IMG/VR virus record: IMGVR_UViG_3300028197_000962
Location: 36,190-100,189 of that record
Source of the DNA: a virus
Strand: one strand, 5' to 3'
Length of the DNA stretch: 64,000 bases
The notes under the pieces are model-generated. The model saw nothing but the letters and a program-made list of their open reading frames with translations, was not told the DNA's origin and did not search any database. Shown in pieces: positions 1 to 9,514 of this stretch. A program made the translations under genes and the position numbers. Position 1 is the stretch's first letter. Every line of letters starts with the position of its first letter.

Positions 1-231
1 AATTGTAAGAACCCTATCAAAATTAATTACGAACATATCATCAGAAGATGTTTTTAACCATGGTTCTACTTTGTATCCAACAGTTCCCCATTTTTTTAAT
101 TTAACTTCTTCAAGTGTAACTGGATTTGATAACACTAATAAAGTTCTATCATCTTCTTCGCAGACAGAAACCTTAGAGAATATTTCTTCTCCTGAAATTA
201 ATTTTACTGATGCAAAAAAGTCGTCTTCCAT
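1..231 (-). CDS. Sm/LSm-like protein downstream of uvsW (3' end outside window)
   Basis: Manually translated open frame MEDDFFASVKLISGEEIFSKV...GYKVEPWLKTSSDDMFVINFDRVLTI; KLxSGEEI motif and position after uvsW match the cyanomyophage Sm-like gene. Confidence 0.7.
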   Translation of the reverse strand, partial: MEDDFFASVKLISGEEIFSKVSVCEEDDRTLLVLSNPVTLEEVKLKKWGTVGYKVEPWLKTSSDDMFVINFDRVLTI

Positions 232-233
232 AA

Positions 234-1697
234 TTATTTTAAGTTAACTGTGATAATTTCATAATTAAAATTTTCTTCGTTATAGATTTTAATTCTTTCA
301 ATTAGGTGATTTAAAGTATAGTTTTTTTGTGATCTGTAAGTGCAATCATCAGCGATATCAAAGAGAACTGCTTTCACTTTGTTATTCCCCTTTCTAAGAA
401 CTCGTCCAATGCTTTGTAAGTTTCTGATCCTAGACTTACTTGGAGAGGCGAAGATAACATTATGGAGATTTTTAATATTGATACCAGTAGAAAAAGTTCC
501 ATAAGAGGCAACGATGATAGCGTTGTTTTCTTGTTCTGTAATTTCCCTAACTAGTTCACGCTCAGAGGCATTTACTCCGCCATGGACAAAGAATACCTTT
601 CTGTTTTCACTTGTTTTTTTATTATTTATTTTATCATAAAGGACTGCTCCGTGGGACTCAACTCTTGAATATAAGATAAGAGTATTTCCTTTTAGATCCA
701 AAGCAAGATTAGTAACAAAGTTATTTCTTTGTTCATGAGTAATAATATATTGAACTTCGTCTTCAAATGTCTCAAATTTTTGTGGAGAATGTTTTAAGAG
801 AACACAATTAATATCTAACTTAGAAAGATAACCTTTCTCCATCAATTCTTCTGTTCTGATAATTTTATATGAAGGTCCAAACAATCCCTCTAACACCCAT
901 TTATGCGTCTGTGTGCCGTCAAGTGTTCCAGTAAATCCAAATCTATGCTTGGCAGTATGCATCTTAGTCATGATCTGAACCAGTGACTTTGATTTAAATA
1001 GATGTGCTTCGTCACCGATTACAACTTCAAATCTTTCAAACCATTTACGATCTAATTTATAAATAGATTGCCACGTGGTAATTACAATTGGCCGACTATC
1101 CGTCTTTTCGCGCCCAGAGTAGATGCGGTGACAATAAGTCTCTGCCTCCCACCCATATTCCTCAAAGTCCTTATACATCTGCTCTACCAGACTGGTCGTG
1201 GGAACAACTACCAGAATATTTTTCTTGTGCTCTACATAATACCTACAAAGAGAATAAATCATCAGAGATTTGCCTGATGCAGTGGGAGATATCAATAGTC
1301 TTCGGTTGTGTCTTAGAGCATCGTATACTCCCTCGACTTGGTGTGGTCGTGGCTCGTAGACCGCGATCGACTTGATATAATCTTTTACACCCTCATATGA
1401 GATAGTCTCATTCACTTCAAAGGGTGTACCAAAAAATTTATTATCAACAAACTTATATTCATATCCGTAGCGTTTGCAAAATGATATAAGTTTGTCTAAC
1501 AATCCAACGTAGATTTCTCCTGTTGCCGTAGAGAATAAACGAATTTTTCCATCCCAATACTTGTTCCTGTATTGTGGCATGAATTTTGCACCAGGAACCT
1601 CAAAAGTAAACTCATCAGAGAGTTCCTGATATACATGAGGATCTGCTTGTATTCTTAAAAATACTTCGTTCTTTTTTTCAATACTAAGTTCAACCAT
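234..1697 (-). CDS. uvsW: UvsW SF2 RNA-DNA/DNA-DNA helicase
   Basis: SPTASGKS, DEAH, TGT, QSIGRVLR motifs; N-terminal WDGKIRLF; start placed at ATG 1697 (MVELSIEKKNEV), overlapping the uvsY stop. Confidence 0.95.
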   Translation of the reverse strand: MVELSIEKKNEVFLRIQADPHVYQELSDEFTFEVPGAKFMPQYRNKYWDGKIRLFSTATGEIYVGLLDKLISFCKRYGYEYKFVDNKFFGTPFEVNETISYEGVKDYIKSIAVYEPRPHQVEGVYDALRHNRRLLISPTASGKSLMIYSLCRYYVEHKKNILVVVPTTSLVEQMYKDFEEYGWEAETYCHRIYSGREKTDSRPIVITTWQSIYKLDRKWFERFEVVIGDEAHLFKSKSLVQIMTKMHTAKHRFGFTGTLDGTQTHKWVLEGLFGPSYKIIRTEELMEKGYLSKLDINCVLLKHSPQKFETFEDEVQYIITHEQRNNFVTNLALDLKGNTLILYSRVESHGAVLYDKINNKKTSENRKVFFVHGGVNASERELVREITEQENNAIIVASYGTFSTGINIKNLHNVIFASPSKSRIRNLQSIGRVLRKGNNKVKAVLFDIADDCTYRSQKNYTLNHLIERIKIYNEENFNYEIITVNLK

Positions 1698-2121
1698 AAC
1701 CAGCGATGAATTTTTGCCATTCAATCGCATTCTTAATTTGGTAAGTTCTATTGTTTATCTGTTTAAGAATGCTCTCAATATAATTTAGTTGAGTTTCATA
1801 GTAGTCAATTTTGAGATTGATCTGACTTAATTTTTCATCAGCATCCATATATTTTTGCATCGTATCTTTGTCACGTATCTTTTTTGGAAAGGGATTCTCT
1901 ACATAGACCTCAGGGTCTGACTTTCCAGAAAAGTATTCATACCGTTCGTGACGAATATTTTTTCTCTGTTGCTCTGCCTTCTTCATCAATAAAAGAGTGT
2001 TGTTAAACAACTCATGATACTTCGCATGAAGAGAAGGAATTTTCAAAGATTCATCGTGTAAGTTATCTTTATCAAGTTGTGAGTCTTTTTCCCACATGCA
2101 TTGTATAGTTTCTAAATTCAT
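1690..2121 (-). CDS. uvsY: UvsY recombination mediator
   Basis: 143 aa, ESLKIPSLHAKY and C-terminal RTYQIKNAIEWQKF; synteny gp3-uvsY-uvsW. Confidence 0.92.
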   Translation of the reverse strand: MNLETIQCMWEKDSQLDKDNLHDESLKIPSLHAKYHELFNNTLLLMKKAEQQRKNIRHERYEYFSGKSDPEVYVENPFPKKIRDKDTMQKYMDADEKLSQINLKIDYYETQLNYIESILKQINNRTYQIKNAIEWQKFIAGYG

Positions 2122-2681
2122 AAAGGATTGCCAGCTAAGTCAGTGATATTATAGACAGTATACTTGAAAGTGACCTCTGCTGTAAAGTAGTCAACGTCAG
2201 TCGGGGTAGCATCAAAGTCAAGAGTTGTCAAGGATGTTGGAAACATTCCACTAAACTTAACTAGAAACTGAGGATTCAATGTGCTGTTAAGAACTTCTAA
2301 CGTTGCATCAGAGTAAAAAAGTTCTTCTCCACTAAACTCTCCCTTATATAATTCTCTTGCTCGTGAACCTTCGTTATAAATTTCTTGAAGACTCTCTGGA
2401 AATCCAAGACCTCTCATCCAGTTTTGAATCTGCATGTAATTTTTTAGATCTTCATCAATCAAAAATCTAAGAGTAAAATCAGAGAAATTTAATTTATCTC
2501 CTGGTCTTGGAATATCATTTAGATAATTGGGTTGTATAGCAACACCAAGATCAATACCTGGAATTTGTGCAGAGTTGGAAAAGAAACTTACCTTTGGACA
2601 ACGTTGGATTGTAAAATTAAATCCAGTTGGTGATAAGTAGTTTCTATTCTCAATCTGTTTATCATAGATGGAACGTGCCAT
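2118..2681 (-). CDS. gp3: Tail tube terminator/completion protein gp3
   Basis: NYLSPTGFNF, FLIDEDLKNY, FPTSLTTLDF motifs; start at 2681 by TAATG overlap with upstream stop. Confidence 0.88.
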   Translation of the reverse strand: MARSIYDKQIENRNYLSPTGFNFTIQRCPKVSFFSNSAQIPGIDLGVAIQPNYLNDIPRPGDKLNFSDFTLRFLIDEDLKNYMQIQNWMRGLGFPESLQEIYNEGSRARELYKGEFSGEELFYSDATLEVLNSTLNPQFLVKFSGMFPTSLTTLDFDATPTDVDYFTAEVTFKYTVYNITDLAGNPL

Positions 2682-3004
2682 TAATCTCTTTGTCTCCAAT
2701 CATCTGTTTTTTCGTGTGTAAACCAATCCGCTATATCATCAGCACTACTAAATCCCGTTTTATGATTGGATGGGTCGGGATCACCTAATCCCATCCTATT
2801 CAGAAAATCATCTGCACTACCTTCTTCGATACTTTGAGATGCTTGGCGTCTTGCCATTTTTATCATCTCATTGGCAGTTGTATTTGCTTTTGCTAGTTTG
2901 TTTGCCCAAATCATATCATCCAAACTAACATCTTCATCACTAATAATTTTTTCACAGATTGATTCTAGCCGAAGGCGATAAGCAGTCGATAGCATATCAT
3001 TCAT
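2681..3004 (-). CDS. Hypothetical protein between gp23 and gp3
   Basis: 107-aa ORF with a late promoter just upstream and a TAATG junction to gp3. Confidence 0.75.
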   Translation of the reverse strand: MNDMLSTAYRLRLESICEKIISDEDVSLDDMIWANKLAKANTTANEMIKMARRQASQSIEEGSADDFLNRMGLGDPDPSNHKTGFSSADDIADWFTHEKTDDWRQRD

Positions 3005-3014
3005 TCATACAACT

Positions 3015-3021
3015 TATTTAG
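3015..3021 (-). promoter_or_regulatory. T4-type late promoter (CTAAATA)
   Basis: TAAATA core just downstream of the gp23 terminator and ~10 nt before the next start. Confidence 0.65.
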
Positions 3022-3023
3022 AC

Positions 3024-3048
3024 AAAAAAAGGGGGTCCGAAGACCCCC
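3024..3048 (-). terminator. Rho-independent terminator of gp23 with C(UUCG)G tetraloop
   Basis: Minus strand GGGGGTC-TTCG-GACCCCC-TTTTTTT. Confidence 0.93.
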
Positions 3049-3078
3049 TCTTGCACTTCCTTCACACGGAAGTATATA

Positions 3079-4497
3079 TCACATCAGGTTCGTGACCTTG
3101 ACGCGACGATAGTAGCGGTTAGCAGAAGGATTAAGGTTACCGAGACCCTGGTTTGTTCCCTCAGCGAATGGGTTAGCAACGAGACCATAACGGGTCTTGA
3201 AGCCAATCTTGGGCTGGAAGGAGTTCTCACCAACGGCGCGAACCATTTGGAGAGGAACGTAAGGACAGTAGAACAGACCAGCGTCATAAGGGGAAGAACC
3301 CTTGTAACCTACGACGTAATACTGGTTAGCAGCAACGTTAGCAGCATAGGGGTCAATGTAGACTCTATACTTACCATTGATGGTGCCAGCAAAGGTGTTG
3401 CCGGTATCATCAACGTTGAGGTTTGCGTTGAGCGCAGGGGTGTAATCAAGCACACCAGCCATGGTCAGAGCAGACGCAACGTCGGCACTGGTCATGATGA
3501 TGTTGCCCTTTCCGCGACGAGTTCTTTGTGCGATTGCGTTAGCATCACGCTCGATTTGGAAGAGAAGACCCTTGAACTTCTCAACAGACCAACGACCATT
3601 GGAGTCAACATCAAGGTTGAACTCACCAGCGGTTGCGGTGTTGACGGTTGCACCCACTTCTGCGACCTTGTAGATCGAGCGGATGACTTCACGGTTGATC
3701 TCAGCAAGAATCTCAGTGGAGAGAATGTTGGCGAGTTCAGCCTCGGCGTTAAGACCATGAATTGCTTTAAGGTCTTGTGCCAGTTCCAAGGAATACTCTG
3801 CTTTCAGAGCACGTGACTTGGCGGTTACGGTGACTTTCTCGATCGAGAATGCCATTTCGTTGAAAGCCTCAGCACCAGCCTTGGTGTTAAGTGCTTCTGC
3901 ATCGGCGGTGCCCATGCCCTGACCAACGTTGTAACTAGCGGAAGAACCGGCAGATACAGGGTTAAGAGCAGAAGGGTTGGGTCCAGACTGTGAAGTAGTA
4001 CCGAAACCGGCGGCTACGTCAGAGAAGTAGTCTTGGTTACCGAAGCCATGATTCTGACCGGAGAATGCGGTATCAGCTTCGTCATAGAATGCTTCCTTAC
4101 CACTCATTCCTGGGGTGCCAGGAGCGGCGTAGCGGGAGCGCATTGCGAAGATCAGTCCAGTAGGACCGTTCATCGGTTGAACGCCTGCAAGGTCATATGC
4201 GACCAAGTTAGGCATTGCGCGTCTGATCAAGGAGATCAGAACGGGGTCGAAACCAGCAACAGGACCAGTGGCGGCAGCGTCTGCGCTAAAACCGGCAGCT
4301 GTGGTGCTGCTGTTGGTGTTGATTGATGGGGTTTCCATCAGGGACGTGCCTGACGAGAACGCTGCTTCCTCTTTGAGGAATTTTTCTTGGTTTTCGAGCA
4401 GAATTGCGGTTACAGATCTTCTGTGATTGTCGGTGATACCACCGTCATGATCCAGAAGGGGCTTCCACTTTTCTACCAGATGCTCAGATTGGAACAT
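3079..4497 (-). CDS. gp23: Major capsid protein gp23
   Basis: GVQPMNGPTGLIFAMRSRY, KSRALKAEYSLELAQDLKAIHGL, FQPKIGFKTRYG. Confidence 0.99.
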   Translation of the reverse strand: MFQSEHLVEKWKPLLDHDGGITDNHRRSVTAILLENQEKFLKEEAAFSSGTSLMETPSINTNSSTTAAGFSADAAATGPVAGFDPVLISLIRRAMPNLVAYDLAGVQPMNGPTGLIFAMRSRYAAPGTPGMSGKEAFYDEADTAFSGQNHGFGNQDYFSDVAAGFGTTSQSGPNPSALNPVSAGSSASYNVGQGMGTADAEALNTKAGAEAFNEMAFSIEKVTVTAKSRALKAEYSLELAQDLKAIHGLNAEAELANILSTEILAEINREVIRSIYKVAEVGATVNTATAGEFNLDVDSNGRWSVEKFKGLLFQIERDANAIAQRTRRGKGNIIMTSADVASALTMAGVLDYTPALNANLNVDDTGNTFAGTINGKYRVYIDPYAANVAANQYYVVGYKGSSPYDAGLFYCPYVPLQMVRAVGENSFQPKIGFKTRYGLVANPFAEGTNQGLGNLNPSANRYYRRVKVTNLM

Positions 4498-4538
4498 TGG
4501 ATTTACCTAAAAGTTAAAAGTTTAAATTAATGTTAAAT

Positions 4539-5624
4539 TCACTTAGTATTCATCTTGCTGAGAATATCCATATAAGATGTCATACCACCAGCACTAGGTG
4601 CCTCGGTGTGATCAACACCCTCAGAAATTGTATCAGCGGATGATTGAGGTACTGACTTAGTTTCAGAGAAATACGATTCTCTCAGGGTGGTCAGTTTCTC
4701 TTTGAACGATTCTTCACTTTCAAACTCTACACCTTCGGCAAGTGAGGCAAGCTTTTCTTTCTGGGTCTGTGCAAGACCTTCGGATACATCGCCAAGGATA
4801 CTGGTTGCAACAGACTCACCGAGTCTCTTGTTTAAACCAATGTTCTTTTCGATTTGCTCGTTGAGTTTAGTCTCCATGTCATCTAACTTGTCTGTCATTG
4901 CAGACAAGACATCATATTTTTCTTCAGGGATTGATACATAATGTTCTTCAAATAGTGACTTCATACCTTCCATGAAGGATTCAGTCATTTCAGTTTTAAG
5001 GCCACGTTCAACAGCCAGTTCATTTTCTTGGAGCCACTCATCAGCGACATATTCCAAGTATGAATCAACACGCTCTTGAAGTTCAACCTTCATTTCTTCG
5101 ACTTCTTCTTCAAGTGCAACAGAATACTGTGCTTCTAGTTGCTCTTTAACGTCAGAAATTTTTGATTTAAGTGCGGCTTCAAAGATGGTCTTTGCCTTTT
5201 CTCTGAATTCCTCGGAAAGTTCTTCACCACCAAGGAGAGCATTAACGTCTTCTTCAACGTCAATGGTATCTTCCTCAACAACAACTTCATCAGAGACTTC
5301 TTGGTTCTCTTCAATAGTTGCTTCGGTGTCGAGTTCTTCTTCTTCTTTTTTCATTGCGGGAGTAGAGTCTGCTTTACCAGCACCTTTGTTTACAACATCG
5401 GTTACTTGTTTTAAGCTGCCACCGGGAGTTTTCAGCTTTGCTGAATCATCATCTGGTCTGTAATTATCCGGAGTAGGACCTCCAAGATCTTCCACACCTG
5501 CTAATGCGGTGCCGGGATCTGCCATTTTTGGCATAGAATCACCCGCTTTTGCGCCTGAATTAACAGCGGTGCGGGATTGCTGTGTCTTTACTTCCATTTC
5601 TTGTAGTGATTTTCCACGTGACAT
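4539..5624 (-). CDS. gp22: Prohead core scaffolding protein gp22
   Basis: Acidic coiled coil, LSEEFREKAKTIFEAA, VDSYLEYV; between gp21 and gp23. Confidence 0.95.
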   Translation of the reverse strand: MSRGKSLQEMEVKTQQSRTAVNSGAKAGDSMPKMADPGTALAGVEDLGGPTPDNYRPDDDSAKLKTPGGSLKQVTDVVNKGAGKADSTPAMKKEEEELDTEATIEENQEVSDEVVVEEDTIDVEEDVNALLGGEELSEEFREKAKTIFEAALKSKISDVKEQLEAQYSVALEEEVEEMKVELQERVDSYLEYVADEWLQENELAVERGLKTEMTESFMEGMKSLFEEHYVSIPEEKYDVLSAMTDKLDDMETKLNEQIEKNIGLNKRLGESVATSILGDVSEGLAQTQKEKLASLAEGVEFESEESFKEKLTTLRESYFSETKSVPQSSADTISEGVDHTEAPSAGGMTSYMDILSKMNTK

Positions 5625-5668
5625 TTGTAGCTACTCCGTAATAAACCTGTATTGGTATTATCTTTATT

Positions 5669-5676
5669 TATTTATA
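5669..5676 (-). promoter_or_regulatory. Late promoter TATAAATA for gp22-gp23
   Basis: Exact T4 gp55 consensus in the intergenic gap. Confidence 0.85.
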
Positions 5677-5677
5677 T

Positions 5678-6328
5678 TTAAATGTTTTGCAAGAACTCGT
5701 TGAATAAATTTAATTTATTCTCATCGAGTTTTTTCTGATCAACTAAGGTGTTAATCGTTGCATACGTTTTTTGAGCATACTTCTCACGAAGAATGCTACC
5801 ATCCCATACCCAATCCTTTCCTTCCATAATACCCTCAACAAAAGCATCGGGTGCAGAAGGATCGGCAACAATGTCAGCAGCAGTTGCTAACATAAAATCA
5901 TCGCCAACAATATTGATGCCTTCACGTGTCATTTTTAGAGACCCAATTCCCCGAGAAGAAACACCGAGTTTGACACCTTCTTCTACCAGCGATGCAGCAA
6001 TCTTACCCATTGGGGTATTGAGGATTTTTGCCTTACCGATAAAGTTAGATCCATTTTCTCTAAGAGAAATAATCTTATGAGATACTCTATCAAGGTTTAC
6101 AGTAGGACCTTCGGGATGACCTAGTTCACCAAGGGCTCTACCTTTGGCAACATGATTCTCATTATATCTACCAACTTCACGACGGAGTGTCTCCATAGGA
6201 TACATTCTGCCATTACGGTTTTTGATGTTTCCTTGGAGGAATACACCTTCAATATACATGGATTTCTTGCCACCTCTCGATTCAACAAGAAACTCAACTG
6301 ATTCAATTTCTTCTGTGATGAGTTTCAT
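5678..6328 (-). CDS. gp21: Prohead protease gp21
   Basis: NRNGRMYP, ALGELGHP, GVSSRGIGS, DIVADPSAPDA. Confidence 0.97.
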   Translation of the reverse strand: MKLITEEIESVEFLVESRGGKKSMYIEGVFLQGNIKNRNGRMYPMETLRREVGRYNENHVAKGRALGELGHPEGPTVNLDRVSHKIISLRENGSNFIGKAKILNTPMGKIAASLVEEGVKLGVSSRGIGSLKMTREGINIVGDDFMLATAADIVADPSAPDAFVEGIMEGKDWVWDGSILREKYAQKTYATINTLVDQKKLDENKLNLFNEFLQNI

Positions 6329-6909
6329 TAGGATCCGCCTCCGGCTGCTTGAATTTGAATAAAGTTAACAGTAGAACCAGTACCATCAGAGAAGATGTTG
6401 GCTTTTACAGAATTTCTAACCATACCACCATTAAATGTCGCAGTGCTAGCACCACCAACAGTAGATGCACTACTGTTATTAGTAATAACAGCACGGGTAG
6501 AGAAGACTCCTTCGGCTGCCGATGAAGCGTTAACTAATATACGCTCAACTGGTTTATGTGTAAAATTTAAGGAGGAAGGAGTAAGTCCAGTAACAGAAAC
6601 AGTGTCACCAACATTAAAAGCACAACCAGTCCCTTCTGGAAAATGAAGAGTGGTTGCTGTTCCGGTAGTGATGCCAATAACTGGTTGAGATTTGGGAGTA
6701 AGACTCAGAATCTCCGTTTCCTGTTTAGAAACGCTGTAATCATTTGCAGTCGCTGTTGGATTTGTTCCAATAGCTACTGTGACATTTTTAGTGCCGTTAT
6801 TAGTGATTCTCAAAGAATCAGTTTTAACTGCCATCGCACTAGATTGTGACGATGCACCACTTGCACTTGCTAATGTAGTTCCACTATCTGTGATTGGATT
6901 GTGAGCCAT
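6328..6909 (-). CDS. Hypothetical protein (Ser/Thr-rich, probably virion associated)
   Basis: 193-aa ORF with TAATG junctions on both sides inside the head operon. Confidence 0.75.
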   Translation of the reverse strand: MAHNPITDSGTTLASASGASSQSSAMAVKTDSLRITNNGTKNVTVAIGTNPTATANDYSVSKQETEILSLTPKSQPVIGITTGTATTLHFPEGTGCAFNVGDTVSVTGLTPSSLNFTHKPVERILVNASSAAEGVFSTRAVITNNSSASTVGGASTATFNGGMVRNSVKANIFSDGTGSTVNFIQIQAAGGGS

Positions 6910-7106
6910 TACTCGTCTTCCTCTGTTTCCGTGTCAATTGTGTCTTCAATGTCTTCAACTTCTTCATCATCGAAGAGACCTGCCGATGCATTGGGTTTGA
7001 GATTCTCAACTCGTTCTGCTGCTTTTGCATACAGAATTTCTTTGATTTTATCCGAAACCTCAGAACTAGATTCACCAGTCACCATAAGATCCATTAATTC
7101 TTCCAT
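6909..7106 (-). CDS. Small acidic prohead core protein (gp67-like position)
   Basis: 65 aa, very acidic C-terminus, directly after gp20. Confidence 0.65.
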   Translation of the reverse strand: MEELMDLMVTGESSSEVSDKIKEILYAKAAERVENLKPNASAGLFDDEEVEDIEDTIDTETEEDE

Positions 7107-7134
7107 TGTTTAGTAATATACTAAGACTATAAGT

Positions 7135-7142
7135 TATTTATA
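7135..7142 (-). promoter_or_regulatory. Late promoter TATAAATA overlapping the gp20 stop codon
   Basis: Exact consensus. Confidence 0.8.
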
Positions 7143-8808
7143 TTTCTCCACCTTCGGGTGCTTCGGTTTTCTTACCTTGCTTCTCTAAATCCGGTTCCAT
7201 GGGTGTTGCACCCAATGCCGGACTACTAGAAACAGCACCTTCTTGTGGTTGACCAGGTTCCATACCATCAACGGCCATTGCTGCCTCTAATGGGTCAACA
7301 ATAATACCGTCTTTGATTTCTTGATCGATCTTTGCATCCTCTTCGAGAATGTCAGCATCAGTTTGACGAATGATCTTACGTCTTACATAATCTTGTGAAT
7401 AGTATTTGCCAACATAAGGTTCTGCCAGAGTTGCCAAATTGATTCTGTTCTCCATGAGTTCTGCTTCTTTGAGTTCAGAGAAGTGGTTATCATAGAGGAA
7501 GTCAAACTGAATATGCTCACTCATCATCTCCCAATCTTCGGGAGTGATAACGTTTTTGAGTAACAGTTGAGTTTTCAGCATGTCCAAGAACATTGCTGAG
7601 AATCTTTTTCTAAGACGACCAACAAACTTACTAAATTTGAGTTCGTCTCTTAGAATCTCAGAAGAACGACCAAGGTTAAATCCACCATCACCCTCAATAC
7701 GAGAGATGGGAACGTTAAGTGCCTTATAGAGTTTCTTCTTGAAATATTCAATATCGGTAATCTCTCCTAGGTTTTGACCACCTGGAAGAGTTGTGATCTC
7801 AGTACCACGACCACCTTCACGACGAGGTAACCAGAAGTCCTCCATCATCGACATCATCTTTTTATCATCACGAATCTCACCAGTATCAGCATTGTATACT
7901 AACTTGTTACGATAACGTGACATAACGTCACGCAGATACTGTTCTGCCTTTACCTTAGGAAGATTGCCAACATCAATATAGAAAATTCTACGTTCTGGTG
8001 CTCTTGACAGTCTGTAAATAACAAGACTATCTTCAATCATTCTAAGTTGATTGAGTGCTTTAATTGATTTGTGAAGGTATGATAGAGTTGATCCCTTATT
8101 TCTATCAACTAATCCTGAGGTGCAATAGGTGATAGAATCTTTTGAAAATTTTACACCCTTTTGATCACTAGATGCTCCCATGTTAGACATGGGTTGATTT
8201 AATTTTGGTGTATAAACAAAGTATTCTTCTAATTCTGGAAATGCCATATCAACAGAAGACAGTTCCTGCTTCCTGACACCTAGTTCTTTATTCTGTTGCT
8301 TTGCATGACGAACAAATTTCATCTTTGCTGCGTCAATATAACGAAGTTCTTTGATTCCTTCGTTTGGTGACTTTAAATCAATAACTTTATGGTAATATAA
8401 TCTACCGTCAATATACCAGTTACGATAAATCTCGTGAGATTTTTTATCAAAATCTAAAAGATCTTTAATATTTTTAAATTCTTGTCTAATAGTTTTCTTA
8501 ATTCCGTCCGAAGCATTGAGGTTTGATAGTTCAATTTCAACGGGACTATCATTAAGGTCGCTTACAACAGCTTCGTTTACAATATCTTCAATCGCACTAT
8601 CCACCTCAGGGTGAAGAGCCATCTCTCTGTAACGACGAATTAAATCAATTTCAGTCTTAAATGTTCCTTCAATATCAACGTAGGATCCAAAAAATCCAGA
8701 CGTGACGTAGTGGTCATTCCCATCCTCCTGTGCGGGAGGAACGGGACTGACCACTGATTTAGATTCCTTTTCAGAATCTTCAATAGAAAAACCAAACAGT
8801 TTTGCCAT
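7138..8808 (-). CDS. gp20: Portal protein gp20
   Basis: YRLSRAPERRIFYIDVGNLP, EDFWLPRREGGRGTEITTLPGG. Confidence 0.99.
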   Translation of the reverse strand: MAKLFGFSIEDSEKESKSVVSPVPPAQEDGNDHYVTSGFFGSYVDIEGTFKTEIDLIRRYREMALHPEVDSAIEDIVNEAVVSDLNDSPVEIELSNLNASDGIKKTIRQEFKNIKDLLDFDKKSHEIYRNWYIDGRLYYHKVIDLKSPNEGIKELRYIDAAKMKFVRHAKQQNKELGVRKQELSSVDMAFPELEEYFVYTPKLNQPMSNMGASSDQKGVKFSKDSITYCTSGLVDRNKGSTLSYLHKSIKALNQLRMIEDSLVIYRLSRAPERRIFYIDVGNLPKVKAEQYLRDVMSRYRNKLVYNADTGEIRDDKKMMSMMEDFWLPRREGGRGTEITTLPGGQNLGEITDIEYFKKKLYKALNVPISRIEGDGGFNLGRSSEILRDELKFSKFVGRLRKRFSAMFLDMLKTQLLLKNVITPEDWEMMSEHIQFDFLYDNHFSELKEAELMENRINLATLAEPYVGKYYSQDYVRRKIIRQTDADILEEDAKIDQEIKDGIIVDPLEAAMAVDGMEPGQPQEGAVSSSPALGATPMEPDLEKQGKKTEAPEGGEI

Positions 8809-8835
8809 TATAATGTTCGTTGACTAGTATATAGT

Positions 8836-8842
8836 TATTTAG
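8836..8842 (-). promoter_or_regulatory. Late promoter CTAAATA overlapping the gp19 stop
   Basis: TAAATA core ~28 nt upstream of the gp20 start. Confidence 0.65.
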
Positions 8843-9471
8843 TTAAGTGCGCCAGGACCACCAGCGATTTCAAAGAATTGAACTTGGAATTCAACAGTAA
8901 ATTCTTCGATCGTGTTCTCAGTGTCATATCCAAGAGCAATCTCAGATACAGCAGTTGGGAAGATATCGTAGAAACGATATGATCTCAGAACGTTTGCTTT
9001 GGTTGTTTGAATTCTGCCTGCACCTGCATCAGGAACAGCAGTCGTGGTTTCAATCTGACCAGACGAACCTCTACCTAACTGATAGACATAAGCGTCTCTC
9101 ATGTAAGCAGCAGGGTTGGATGCACCAGTGTTGTTGGAGAGTTTGCTGAAACCATTCATCCACATTTCCATTGCATGGCGAATCTTGAAGTCCTCATCAT
9201 TGATAATGGTGAGGGTCCAAGGATCGAACGTTCTATCGCCAGCAACTTTCAGAGTGCGACCTCTGAAAGGAACATCGATAGATGCAACGTTAGATGCGGG
9301 AAGGTTTGCTGCCTTACACATGAAGGAAAGGTCTTTCAACATCTCACCATCTTTGGTGACATATGAGGGAAACTCGGGAATAGTTACCTCAAACAGATTA
9401 GGGCGTGCGCCGCCCCCTTTAAGATTAGACTTAAAATTTGATAGAGTCTTAATCGTTGGTGATTCAGCCAT
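8839..9471 (-). CDS. gp19: Tail tube protein gp19
   Basis: GGARPNLFEV, VPFRGRTLKVAGDRTFDPW, IEEFTVEF. Confidence 0.97.
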   Translation of the reverse strand: MAESPTIKTLSNFKSNLKGGGARPNLFEVTIPEFPSYVTKDGEMLKDLSFMCKAANLPASNVASIDVPFRGRTLKVAGDRTFDPWTLTIINDEDFKIRHAMEMWMNGFSKLSNNTGASNPAAYMRDAYVYQLGRGSSGQIETTTAVPDAGAGRIQTTKANVLRSYRFYDIFPTAVSEIALGYDTENTIEEFTVEFQVQFFEIAGGPGALN

Positions 9472-9514
9472 TTGTTATGCTCCTAGAAATCTTCGTTAAG
9501 TGAGGGATTTAAGA